Shown: piece after piece, positions 11,898 through 24,420 of the stretch
How the letters are laid out: every line of letters starts with the position of its first letter
How positions within the stretch are numbered: position 1 is the first letter of the stretch
NCBI RefSeq assembly: GCF_001194135.2
Contig: NC_068986.1
Coordinates: forward strand, 100,937,431-100,979,829
DNA length: 42,399 nucleotides
DNA from: Octopus bimaculoides
Lineage: Eukaryota
Reading direction: 5' to 3'
Made by a program: the position numbers and the translations under genes
Notes under the pieces: model-generated
The model's input: only the letters and a program-made list of their open reading frames with translations
Told to the model about the DNA's origin: nothing
Databases searched by the model: none

Positions 11898-12715
11898 TTA
11901 AACACATAAAAAACAACCATACATATACCATGATTCTAAAACGGAATTAGAATGAATATCATTACTGAAAGTGGAATAGCTACGTTAAATAATGAATGAT
12001 ATCTACGAAACTATGTGTAGACAATATGCATTCGAAATTGTAGTTTTTTAAGAAAAGAGTAAATAGATTATTTTCAAAAGGAATGATAACCAAAATTATG
12101 ATCTGTATATATGGTGACTCTAGGGTAATCATACTAACCGATCATTTACAGAGTTACTGTAAAGCAATATAGAAGAAACTAATGGTGTTTGTATAAATTA
12201 AAAGGAAAGGGAAAACTTAGGAGGGCCTATTTAGAGAAGGATAATTTGCATTTTTATAGCATTTATATTTTAGCGTTCCTTCAACATACTTGACTTTAGT
12301 CTACATCCATATCCTCACTTCTCTTTCAGTGTTGTCTCTTTTCTCTGTTTATTACACCTTCTCCCTTAAACTTTTCTTTATCAACATACCACTATCATCA
12401 TCATCGCCATGATTTTCAGTAACACAGTACATTTCACTTCAGCTGTTTCTTTGATGTATATTTACACTGACAGTAAATGTGTCATCCGCATCTCTCTCTC
12501 TCTCTCAATATAATTCCTTTTTCTCCCTCTCCATCAACCTTTCTTTAACCTAACCACCAGAACGCCATTTAACGCTGAATACTGTATCCTGAACATATCT
12601 CTTTCTTTTCCTCTTTCCCTTTCTTTTCATCTTTCTTTTTACCGTAAAAACGTAAAATTTAACTAAGTTTGAGGGATCAAGTCAAATAATAGATATATGT
12701 ATAAGTATATATATA

Positions 12716-13754
12716 TTGGGTTGGCAACCAAGTTCCTACCGTTTATTTTTTTTAAATTTTGGAATTTATTGCGTTTTTAAAGTTTGAAATCTATTTTCTT
12801 CCAGAATTCTTCCTTTGAATCCTTTTGGAATCTATTTTGTTTTTTATAGCTTTCTAGTTAATTTTAGTTAATTGTTGTTTATTTTCAGATCATTATAATG
12901 GAATGTCAAGTTTAGAAAAACAAGCATTTTCGACACCGCTGTCTATTTGATTTTAGTCAAGGTTCTAAGACCGCAAAAGTTGATCATAACATTACTGCTG
13001 TGTATGGAGGTGGTACCATAGCTGAAAGAACCGTTCGTGATTGGTATGCAAAGTGCCAAAATGGAAATTTCGACCTGAAATATGCACCTCGTTGTGGCTA
13101 TCTAGCTGCGTTCGATGAAGAGTAATTTGAACCAACTTTGGCACGAAAATTCTCGTTAAACGACTAGAGAACTGGCAGAGAAAATGGATTGCTCCCACAC
13201 TGCTATAGAGAAGCATCTTCACTTGATAGGAAATATTCAGAATTATGGAGCATGTCTTCCGCATGTTTTAAGTGACAAAAACAATAATCAACGAGCCACA
13301 ATCTCGACTGGTTTGCTTGCTCGTCACCGATCAACTCATGGACACAAGCAATGATTTCTTACCGATTCGTTACTGGCGACGAAAAATGGTGCCCGTACAT
13401 CAATACGAAGCAGCGTAAGTAATGGCTTAGTCCCAGGAAAAAAGCAATACCGCGCGTGAAAGAAGATCTTCATCCGAGTAAAACGATGTTATGTGTATGG
13501 TGGGACTGGGCAGGGATTATCTATTACGAATAGCTTGAACGGAACCAAACAGTCAACGTGGAATTTTATGTTCAAAAGGTGGAACGACTCAACACGTTCG
13601 GCAGCATGGAGTTCTTCTGCTGCACGACAACGCCCGCCCTCATATCGCCATACGACCAAGGAAGCCATTCAAACACATGGTTGGGAAGTGCTAACCCACC
13701 CGCCGTACTAGCCGGATTTGGCACCAACGGATTTCTACCTCTTTCGTTCTCTTT
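12716..13754 (+). mobile_element. Mariner (D,D34D) transposon, probably mellifera-subfamily-like; dead, 3' end lost in gap 13755-14109
   Basis: A TA dinucleotide is followed by the left TIR TTGGGTTGGCAACCAAGTTCCTACCG at 12716, and the transposase pseudogene starts at 12898. Confidence 0.95.
12898..13754 (+). pseudogene. Mariner transposase pseudogene (multiple stops and frameshifts)
   Basis: MECQV*KNKHFRH...VYGGGTIAERTVRDWYAK...TRELAEKMDCSHTAIEKHLH...LPHVL (WVPHxL)...VTGDEKW...MLCVWWDW...LLHDNARPH...GWEVLTHPPY*PDLAPTDFYLFRSL. D-to-D spacing is 34 once one frameshift is repaired. Confidence 0.96.
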
Positions 13755-14109
13755 NNNNNNNNNNNNNNNNNNNNNNNNNNNNNNNNNNNNNNNNNNNNNN
13801 NNNNNNNNNNNNNNNNNNNNNNNNNNNNNNNNNNNNNNNNNNNNNNNNNNNNNNNNNNNNNNNNNNNNNNNNNNNNNNNNNNNNNNNNNNNNNNNNNNNN
13901 NNNNNNNNNNNNNNNNNNNNNNNNNNNNNNNNNNNNNNNNNNNNNNNNNNNNNNNNNNNNNNNNNNNNNNNNNNNNNNNNNNNNNNNNNNNNNNNNNNNN
14001 NNNNNNNNNNNNNNNNNNNNNNNNNNNNNNNNNNNNNNNNNNNNNNNNNNNNNNNNNNNNNNNNNNNNNNNNNNNNNNNNNNNNNNNNNNNNNNNNNNNN
14101 NNNNNNNNN

Positions 14110-14144
<35 letters not shown>

Positions 14145-14200
14145 TGTATATATATATCAATATATTTTTATGAGCTTGTGTGTGTGTCTGTCTATGCGTG
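13755..14200. other. Assembly gap 13755-14109 followed by (TA)n/(TG)n
   Basis: Directly visible. Confidence 0.98.
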
Positions 14201-15724
14201 TGATTGTGTATGTTACCTTTTACATATAGAGACATAAAAGGAGTAAATTTGCTCAAAATGTCTGCGCATCCCTTTGAAGACGTTATCGTTTCCATTCGCG
14301 TTCATGCAATACGATATGGTACTGGCTTGAACTATTACATTATGATGGTAACCACCACCAGCTTATTCTTTATATTATTCTTGTCGTTTGTCTTCGAAAC
14401 GTTTTAACATTTTTACCCACTTACGTTCTACACTGTGCCGTCAGTATGTTAACAATTACGCAAAGATACGAAAACTCACATACTCAAGCATAAATAACAA
14501 ATAAAAAAAACAGAAGCTCACACTTAGATGCTCGCAAAGGACATACACACTGACAAACACACACTCATATAAATATTTGATAACATGTTAGCTACACTGG
14601 AAATGTTGCACCGAGTATGTTTGCTTCCAATAGTAATGAATCACTGTCTATATTTCAATAAAAAATTAACTCCTCTAACTTGCCAAATTGGTTCTATTTC
14701 CTGTAACATTAATTTTCGATTAGTCGAAAGTAATTAATAATTTGATGTATTACTTGATTTCTTTAGTTTTCAGTTTCGTTTTCTGTTTCGTCAACTGTTT
14801 TCAGTGTTCGTGCTCCGAATTATCTATCACATCAAACATCATCATCAGTATAAATGCTGTGTTTTTCTTTCAGTCTGTCTTGTCGCTCGCTTCTCTTTCT
14901 TTCCGTCTATCTCCGCCTGACCCCACTCTCTCTCACTGTCTTTTTAGATATAAAGTGTTTCTTTCTCTTTCGTTTCCTTGCTGAATTCACAAACAAATTG
15001 ACAGCAGTCATGTCCATGTTTCAGTCAAAACAACTCTTAAGTTTCAGTATTTCTGGTTTAATTGATATATGTCTACATAGAAAGGTATGTGTTGATAAAA
15101 TTGCAGGCATGTAACAAGTGAGTCGGTGTATCTAGTTCAGTAATATATCCGCTTCATTACTGTTTGCTTGCGCTTTTGTCTATGAGCATCTGTATTGATA
15201 TATTCATGTTACTGTGTGCATAATTTGAGTCCACACATTCAAATAGAGAGTTTGAAACGACTTACAGATCTTCATTTTCAACGCTAACCAAATGCATTTG
15301 GAGAAGGTACAAAATATTGCATTGTTATTTTTATGAAGCCCTTACCATCTCCAGGCGTCGGCACAATTCATTTATTAGTTCGGGTATCTATAATATAGCG
15401 TAGTCTTTAAGAGAAATATCTAGTTGCAATCTTATTTCATCGTTAATTCTCAATTCATCTCTTATTCTAGGAGGGAGTGACAACACCTTTACGTTCGCCA
15501 TGTACCTAATCTCCCAAAAGTGTTAAGTTTTTGCTCCATCTTGCATTTACAAAATCTGTGCTATTCTATTTAAACATTGCGGTGGCTGTGATTAGAATGT
15601 TATGCTAGTATTTTTGCATTTATAGTTGTAACTATTGTTGCATCCATATGACCATAACTGCAGAGTACAAACTCACTACAATTGAGATGCGTATGTAGCT
15701 TTACTCATTTCAATTAAATAAGAT

Positions 15725-16125
15725 AGATATATATATACATACATACATATATATGTATATATATATATGTATATATATATNNNNNNNNNNNNNNNNNNNN
15801 NNNNNNNNNNNNNNNNNNNNNNNNNNNNNNNNNNNNNNNNNNNNNNNNNNNNNNNNNNNNNNNNNNNNNNNNNNNNNNNNNNNNNNNNNNNNNNNNNNNN
15901 NNNNNNNNNNNNNNNNNNNNNNNNNNNNNNNNNNNNNNNNNNNNNNNNNNNNNNNNNNNNNNNNNNNNNNNNNNNNNNNNNNNNNNNNNNNNNNNNNNNN
16001 NNNNNNNNNNNNNNNNNNNNNNNNNNNNNNNNNNNNNNNNNNNNNNNNNNNNNNNNNNNNNNNNNNNNNNNNNNNNNNNNNNNNNNTATATATATATATA
16101 TATATGCATATGTGTATATTTGTAT
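15725..16125. repeat. (TA)n microsatellite containing assembly gap 15781-16086
   Basis: Directly visible. Confidence 0.97.
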
Positions 16126-16610
16126 GAATAGTAGAAAATATATATGGAATTAGCATTACTTTTTCAGGTTGTTCAACATTTCTCAACTGATCAATAGACC
16201 AATTGAGAAGCCTATCAGTAACGAACATATAATGACTACTGGAAGGAAACCACATGTATGCCAATAAAGGTAAAATATGTAATGGCCATTATTTATACCT
16301 TGTATCAAATATATATTTATAACGAAACAATGTAATTAATTGAGCTTCTAGAATTGATATAAATTTGCTACAAATGGTTTATCCTTTATGTTGGAAATGT
16401 ATATGGTCATCTAAGACTGTATATATTCATCTATTTACTTCAAAGTGACGTAATGTTTTCATTGATCGGTTAAATGGAATCGTTCGAAATGGCCGTAATG
16501 TATTGATAAGTGGACATCCATGATACTTGTTTACATTCTGTTCACTAAGCTTAGAGGTGTGCGGACTATGCAGATCTGACTTTGTTCCTCAATTTCAACT
16601 GAATCTTAAT

Positions 16611-16613
<3 letters not shown>

Positions 16614-16657
<44 letters not shown>

Positions 16658-16750
16658 GTCTCTCTCTCTGTCTCTGTATCTCTCTCTCTTTCTCTTCATA
16701 TATATATATATATATATATATGTGTATGTATGTGTGTGTGTGTGTGTGTA

Positions 16751-16783
<33 letters not shown>

Positions 16784-16790
16784 GTATCTT
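16614..16790. repeat. Compound (CT)n-(TA)n-(TG)n-(TA)n microsatellite
   Basis: Directly visible. Confidence 0.98.
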
Positions 16791-18486
16791 ATTCATATCT
16801 TCTCAAAATGTTTCACTTTAACTTGGTATCTCTACCTGTAAAACGGCTGCGATATCTTGTTTTCTAGTGTAATTTTGCTACCTCTGGTAACTATTAACAT
16901 ATTTACATTATCAAAGGTTTCTTTTTTTAAACTGAGATAATATTAATATATACATAAACTTATATATATATATATATACCCCTATCTACAGATAGATTAA
17001 TAAAATAATTATGAAAATAGGCACAGAAGGATCGAAAATCCTCTCAAGAAGCGGTTCGAGTAAATAGCTCTTTTCGTCAGTGATTGACGGGAAAATTTTA
17101 ATTTGTTCTCTTCACAGGCAATGTTTCTGATATGCAACACTGCAAGAAATAAGGAGCATCGATTTTACTCATTTACATATCAATACGTACATCGCTTGCA
17201 GAAGTAATTAAAGTAGGGCCTGCTAAAGCTTATATGCAAATAAATCGACAGTGAGGCATAACACGTTTTACTTCACCCAAACACATACAGTTACACTCTT
17301 TTAAGTATTCAGTGCGTGGAACTAATATATCTGCTCTGTAATTGATTCGCAGTTGCGTTGCCTATATTTGTTCATTATTTAGTGGTTATATACTATAACG
17401 TACTATATCAAATTCATTATGTTAAATTCTCCATTTATTTTCTTTGATGGAATACACAGTTTTATGTTTAGTAGACAAAACCTATGCCAGTGCATTTAAA
17501 ACCTGGTCTTCAAATCCAGAATGTTGAGTAGATCTCCCACATTTTCTTTATCATAAAACTCTCAAGTTCTTGAAATGATTCTCCTACAATCATCCAGACA
17601 TGCGTAAGCTTTAAGTTAAGTTATAATTTCTCTTCTGTTTAAGTGAGGGGAAACAGCGAGATAATGAATTTAGACTTACCCCTGTGACCGAGAGAATCAT
17701 TTCTGGAATATCTATGCTTAACTGTCTTTGCCCAGTTAGGTAGATTTCAAAACAGCAACAGTTTGTTATTCTATAAACGAATTTTCATAATTCCTTTGAT
17801 GCATAATCATCAATATCAACTGTGTACTTGGGTCGATTCAATGGACTAAGACTCTCATCAGATGCCGCCTCAGTATCTTCAATAACTGCAACCAGCAAAA
17901 TTATAAGTTAAAGTATTTCCGGTGACAAAGAGAGAGAGAGAGAGGGGTGGGGTGGGGGAGAAAATTTCAGCATACAAAACCAAAAATATATTTTTTAGAA
18001 AATATATATTGCCAAAAAGCCGTATTCATACAAAGAACAACAATTCACTGTACTGCATTAAAATCTATTGCTTATTAAGATAGTTTTAAGGTAAGTTATA
18101 GAATCGGCTTTTCACATATAGGATGAATGTCAAGTATTCCTTTGAAAACAGAAGCATAGTTCACAAATACAACATCGTCACATGTAATGAAAATATGACT
18201 TATTGAATTCAGTGTAGTTAAGGTGTACATCACTTCCGCGTTTTAATTGATGCTGTAAAGTATCTTACATACGCGGAGTATTTCCAATCACCTGATACAC
18301 TTTAAAATGTACGAAATGTAAAATCACATTTCTTCTGCATTAAAATGATTGTAATTCAAACATTCACAATTGTAATCACTGGATGTTTTGTAACAAGAGA
18401 ATTTTCAAAATATCAATAGAATAAAAACCCAAAATTGCGTATGTGTGTAAAATATTGCTCTGTTTTTCTATCTGTCTAGAATGTTC

Positions 18487-18504
18487 CTCTCTCTCTCCCT
18501 ATCC

Positions 18505-18571
<67 letters not shown>
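18487..18571. repeat. (CTAT)n tetranucleotide microsatellite
   Basis: Directly visible. Confidence 0.98.
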
Positions 18572-18572
<1 letters not shown>

Positions 18573-21499
18573 TCCTCTACTTACCTACCATAAAACTGCA
18601 TACCTCTTTAATTCCCCACTCACGTGCCGACATTCTGAAATGTCATGATTCATACTTTTGCCAGAGATGTCTTGATGTGCTATACACATTATCAGGAATA
18701 CATATTCGAAACTCACTCTTTCAAAACAATATTATTTCAATATTTCAATACTCGTTATTGTTAAGTAGTATTCTGTAAACGGTAAATTTTATGCATAGAA
18801 ATTTACGATCTTGATTTCCTAAAAACATTCCCCGCTGCAGTGTGATATGATACTGTCTCTATGATTACAGTAGTTAAATATAAATAAATGTATTCTTTGA
18901 AGTCATTGATTTTTTCCTGTATTAAATGTTTTCGATCACAGTTGCATTGTATTATGTAATAAAGAAACGGATGATGACGATGACGTCAATCATGGTGACC
19001 ATTACAGGGATGATATTTATGGATAGATCACGTGACTAAGCAGTTTTATGGTAAAGCATTAGATGTATCATCTCTTGTAAGTACATAAACCTAAAGATAA
19101 ATCTTACAGTTGTAAAATCTTCTCATGTTAGCGTTTGAAAGGAATCAAAGATAACTGATACGTAATTTGTTTCAATTTTACTTGAACGAGATCCACAGAA
19201 AGCTGTAAAACGTATCTCGGCTATAAACAAAGATGTTTTTTAGACTGATTTTATAGTAGAAAGTATTCTATGAAAATGAGTTCCATTCTTTTCTAAAAAT
19301 AGAGTTTTATGATTTTCTGAAGAAGATTCATGTAGCCCCATCTTTATCTTCAACTTAGCACATAATATAAATTGCTATTGGATGACCAAGCGTTAAACCG
19401 AATCAGTTAGTACTGATTTGTTCTCAAACTACAGTAATCACTCTCTTCAAACACAACTAACAAAAAAGAAGAAAAGAAAGAAAACAGTGCACAAACAACA
19501 AGAACTTGTTGTTCAGAACTTGCATAATTCCTGGGACAGTTGAAACTTACCCAAATGCGTGTTTGTCACTTACGTTTATCAGGAAAGATCAGCATACGAA
19601 AATATGAATTATTTTCCACAACTTCTATAGGAAATTGCCCGAAGAAATTTCTACTCTTATCTAACTTCTCAAAACAGTTCAAATGTCTGTGTAAAGGTTT
19701 TTTTTTTCTTAATATTTGTTTTTGACAAAGTATTTACGTAAATTGCATTCTGAAAACCAAGCTAAATATAGAAATCAATATTGACAATATGTGTTTTGAT
19801 AAATTATTTTAATTGCTTTTAAGCTAACTTATATTTTACCATTTTTATTCGGTTGGATTTTTCTATTCTTTTACTATTATTCTGCGCAAAACAAAAGAGC
19901 AATTTTTGTTTTAAAATATTTGAAGATTTCCAATGATAATTGTCTTTGAATTTTCAAAAAAAGAAAATTAAAATGTAATACAACTAAAAGGAAAACACTA
20001 CGACTAGTAAAGCTGTTTAAATCGAAAATCAATTAACATAAACTGCTGTTTGGATAGAGAAGGAAAAATGGTATGCAATCTACTTTTTTATTTAAACTTA
20101 ACGTTTTGTTTTTGATAAGCTCTAGTCAATGTATTCCAGAAATAAACTACAGTAATATTTACAGTGACAGAACATTTTATTTCGCGAAGGATTATTATAA
20201 TATCGATTTGCTTCATTTCTCTATAAAAAAATCTCGTTTAGGTACCGGAAGATATATTTGGATCGTATTTCTTTTAAGTATTTTGAAATATCTTGATTTA
20301 AATATTGTTTTTTACTTTTTGGTAAACTAATGTTTACAGACGCATTTTAAAGAAAAAATAGCGAAGCGTAAAAAAGATTGAAGATACATCAGCGCACGAT
20401 TTTTTTCGCCCTTTGAATTTTTTTTCTTACTGTGGGGTAAATAAGTGCATGCAACAATTTCCAAAGCATCATATATTTTTTAAAAAATTGTTTCTGTCTG
20501 TCTAGCGAGTCATAGAGTAGGAAATTTCGAAGCTACTGGCTATAGCATGTATTTATTTATTTTTTATTCAAAGTGTGACAAGAAAGAAATCAATGGTTTC
20601 TGAACACTTCAAAACTTTACACGTAATAACCATCAGAAATTCAATGAATTGCTAACTATATCTTTTACAAATTGTCCAATTTTCACCATGAACAATCATT
20701 GGAAGTTAACAGTCTCCATGATGAGCTAATATATTCTACCATTTACTATTTCGCTCTTATAATAATTTACTAAGACACTCAACTGATATAAATGTTGTTG
20801 TTTTTTTTCTGAAATATGTGTTTCAAATTCGTTCATATATGCGTATATACCAACTATAAAAGAATTGTATAAATGGAGACTATTTAATAGGGATTTTATT
20901 CTCTTGATATAAAAATAACGGTAAATTGTAAGATGATACAAATGTTACTGTCTATATCTTTATTCATTTGGCAGGTTTGCACTAGAGACGTTGGGTACAT
21001 AGAGTCAAAATACGTTGTAGAGCACACGTGACTGATGGATGGGTAAGAGTAGGAAAATATCGGATGGGATCCTTACACCAAACGACTGCCTCAGAATGTG
21101 TTCTGCGAATGGCACCAATGAAGAAATCGTTATGTTAAATGATGTTTAATCTCTCCATTCTTACAGGAGCACACATATCCACATCTCACAAATTTGCAGA
21201 GAAATTGTAGGCTACAGAAAAGTGAGTATAGAGAGTGTAGCGCTTTCATTAACTGATATAAAGCTTGAAATTTATAACGAAATCTCACTTTAGTCGTGTT
21301 AGAAATAAAATAAAAAGAAAATGATAACCTAGACAAGGATACGAAATATTATTTTGCAATATAATGAAGATGAGAATGGAAATAAATCTTATTTTTAAAT
21401 GAAACTGCTGAAAGAACTCGTCATGGTTCCGTTTCAACAAATCGCTTCTCCGAATTTAAATTACTATCTTGACAATACTCACAAGTGACCATTGAAATA

Positions 21500-21675
21500 G
21501 TGTGTAGTAAGTAGTTTCTTTCTCGACCACACGGTTTCCGATTCATCCCGGTGCCGAGTAAACAAGCGAGTGTCTTCTATCATAAACCCAAGCCTACGAA
21601 AGATTTCAAAGTGAATCTTTAAAGCCAGAAGAAAAATTTAGTTTGTCGGTGAGTGTGTATGTGTGTGCTTTGTGT
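21500..21675 (+). mobile_element. Highly diverged family-A SINE head with TG run
   Basis: tgtgtagtaagtagtttc...accacacggtttccgattcatccc...gagtgtcttctatcata... parallels the family-A head and ends in gtgtgtatgtgtgtg. Confidence 0.6.
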
Positions 21676-21689
21676 AACTTTTAAATATC

Positions 21690-22250
21690 TTGCTTGTTTC
21701 ATTCATTAGGCTGCAGACGTACTGGAAAAACGCCTTAAAGAATTTCTTAGTCCAAAGAATCGACCCCATTACTTATATTCTTAAGCCTTCTACTTTATCC
21801 CATCGATGTTTTTTTAGCCGATCCGCTAAGTAATGGAGACGTAAGCAAACGGGCACCGGTTTTCAAGAGGTTCTGGGGACGAATACGTACACGCATACAC
21901 ACATGCACGCACGCACACATATGCGCATACGNNNNNNNNNNNNNNNNNNNNNNNNNNNNNNNNNNNNNNNNNNNNNNNNNNNNNNNNNNNNNNNNNNNNN
22001 NNNNNNNNNNNNNNNNNNNNNNNNNNNNNNNNNNNNNNNNNNNNNNNNNNNNNNNNNNNNNNNNNNNNNNNNNNNNNNNNNNNNNNNNNNNNNNNNNNNN
22101 NNNNNNNNNNNNNNNNNNNNNNNNNNNNNNNNNNNNNNNNNNATATATACGACGGGATTATTTCAGTTTCCCTTTACCAAATACACTCAAAAATGGGTGA
22201 CTATAGTAGGAGACATCTAAACAAGGTGTCACGCAGTGAAACTCTAAAAG
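21690..22250 (-). mobile_element. Family-A SINE, diverged, with gap 21932-22142 in its internal microsatellite
   Basis: 3' module (cttgtttcattc...cgcctt...atcgacccc...ccgctaagt) lies left of the gap and the head (atatacgacggg...ttcagtttccctttaccaaatacactc...aaggtgtcacgcagtg) right of it, both reverse-complemented. Confidence 0.88.
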
Positions 22251-22476
22251 CGTGTTGCCACTGAAGCACGCCTATTTTTATATTTATACATACGCACCTG
22301 CATGCATGTATGTATGTGTGTGTGTCTATTTTTTATTTGCATTTGTGCTTATCCTCATTTTCGATACGCAAACGATTTTCGTTTATTTACGTCACGAAAA
22401 ATCAGCGGTCTATGAAAGGGGGCTGCGAGATTAAAGACCAGACATAAAAAATGAGTACTGCAATATATCTGTACAT

Positions 22477-22664
22477 ATATGCCGGGCGAAATGCTTAGCG
22501 GTATTTCGTCTGTCTTTACGTTCTGAGTTCAAATTCCACCGAGCTCGACTTTGCCTTTTATCCTTTCAGGGTTGATAAATCAAGTAACAATTACGTACTG
22601 GGGTCGATCTAATCGACTGGCCCCCTCCCACCAAATTTCGGGTATTGTGCCAAGAGTAGAAAAG
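22477..22664 (+). mobile_element. 5'-truncated family-B SINE with perfect 15 bp TSD
   Basis: Body gccgggcgaaatgcttagcggtatttcg...agagtagaaaag. TSD aatatatctgtacat at 22462-22476 and 22665-22679. Confidence 0.95.
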
Positions 22665-23099
22665 AATATATCTGTACATCACTTCCTCTTAACACCTTGA
22701 GGTTCAAACGTAGCATAGCCGCAGTCTAAATGAGAAAATATGAAAGAGATAAATGTACATAGACGTTACATAGACGTAGTGGAAGTCACTAGTAAATATA
22801 TACAGAGACAGAAGTGATGTGTCGGCATTTTTGAAGAATGTCACCAAAATGGTTTTCAAACATACCTCAGTCACAAGCACAGCAATCAGAATTCGCATAC
22901 GTTACAACCTTGTACATTTGAGATTGTTGGTAAAACATATGGCTAATTAAGATTGTATATGAATGTAATCTCGTTAATTATGAAGTATTTGCCAAGAATA
23001 GGCGAATCTGTATCTTTTAAATTGTTTTCCAGCATTCCTTATCTGTTATCTTTGTCGTTTAATCTGTCCTACACCATATTAAAATAATTTTTGTTACAT

Positions 23100-23664
23100 T
23101 TTATACGTATGTGTCTTCTTCCAACTGTTAAACATGGAGGAGGATCTATGATATTTGGGGGAAGGGGGCTATATCTTGGAAATATGCCGGTTCAATAGTT
23201 TCCATTCATGGCGGAATTAATTGTCAAGTCTATTTAAACATTCTGTTCAGATTCATCCTATTGTTGAGGAACTCTGTCCGGGGGAAAATGCAATCTTCCA
23301 GGATGTTAATGCATCAATTCACAAAGCTAAAGTTGTAACTGAATAGCACGAAAATCATTCTAGTGACGTTGAACATCTTATCTGGCCATCACAGTTCCCA
23401 GATCTCACTATTATTGAACAATTATGTTGCATTTTAGAAAAAAACAAGTACGGAGTCGAGATGCACCACCATCATCACTACTAGAACGAGAGACTGTTTT
23501 AGCTGAAGAATGGACAAAAATCCCTTCGGAAACAATTCAAACTTCCTACAAATCCATACCTCGTACAATTCAAGGTGTAATTACTGCCAAAGATGGTCTT
23601 ACCCCATATTAGAATAAATTAGTTCGAAATTTTAAGGTGTTTCCATTATTTTGTCCAACCGCTG
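23100..23664 (+). mobile_element. Tc1-like transposon 3' half (catalytic-domain remnant and right TIR), dead
   Basis: CLLPTVKHGGGSMI...AIFQD(V)NASIH...WPSQFPDLTIIEQL...EEWTKIPSETIQTSYKSIPRTIQGVITAKDGLTPY*. Right TIR aaggtgtttccattattttgtccaaccgctg (23634-23664) is followed by TA. Confidence 0.93.
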
Positions 23665-23799
23665 TATATATGTATAAAAAGTATATTCTATAATTTATCA
23701 ATTTCACATGTCATAGGTTTGGCAGATATTATGGGATAGAATATTAAATACGCATGATTCTTTCTCACGTCATTGGCCAATGAGATGAATTCATGTATA

Positions 23800-24272
23800 A
23801 ACACGCATACAAACACACGCGCTTGCACATATACCCACATACATATATGTGTGTGTCTTTACGTGTGTATAATTGAATATATACATATACCTACCTATCT
23901 ATTTATCNNNNNNNNNNNNNNNNNNNNNNNNNNNNNNNNNNNNNNNNNNNNNNNNNNNNNNNNNNNNNNNNNNNNNNNNNNNNNNNNNNNNNNNNNNNNN
24001 NNNNNNNNNNNNNNNNNNNNNNNNNNNNNNNNNNNNNNNNNNNNNNNNNNNNNNNNNNNNNNNNNNNNNNNNNNNNNNNNNNNNNNNNNNNNNNNNNNNN
24101 NNNNNNNNNNNNNNNNNNNNNNNNNNNNNNNNNNNNNNNNNNNNNNNNNNNNNNNNNNNNNNNNNNNNNNNNNNNNNNNNNNNNNNNNNNNNNNNNNNNN
24201 NNNNNNNNNNNNNNNNNNNNNNNNNNNNNNNNNNNNNNNNNNNNNNNNNNNNNNNNNNNNNNNNNNNNNNNN

Positions 24273-24339
<67 letters not shown>

Positions 24340-24420
24340 GATATTTATATTTACATAGATAGATAGATAGATACATACATGCATATACACACAGACGCAC
24401 ACGCAGACAAACCCACATGT
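23800..24420. repeat. CA/TA/GATA microsatellite cluster containing assembly gap 23908-24272
   Basis: Directly visible. Confidence 0.96.

Noticed and set aside
17680-17770. 91 nt minus-strand exon candidate (ITNCCCFEIYLTGQRQLSIDIPEMILSVTG)
   Set aside because: Weak acceptor, unrecognised peptide, and incompatible with the adjacent terminal-exon candidate.
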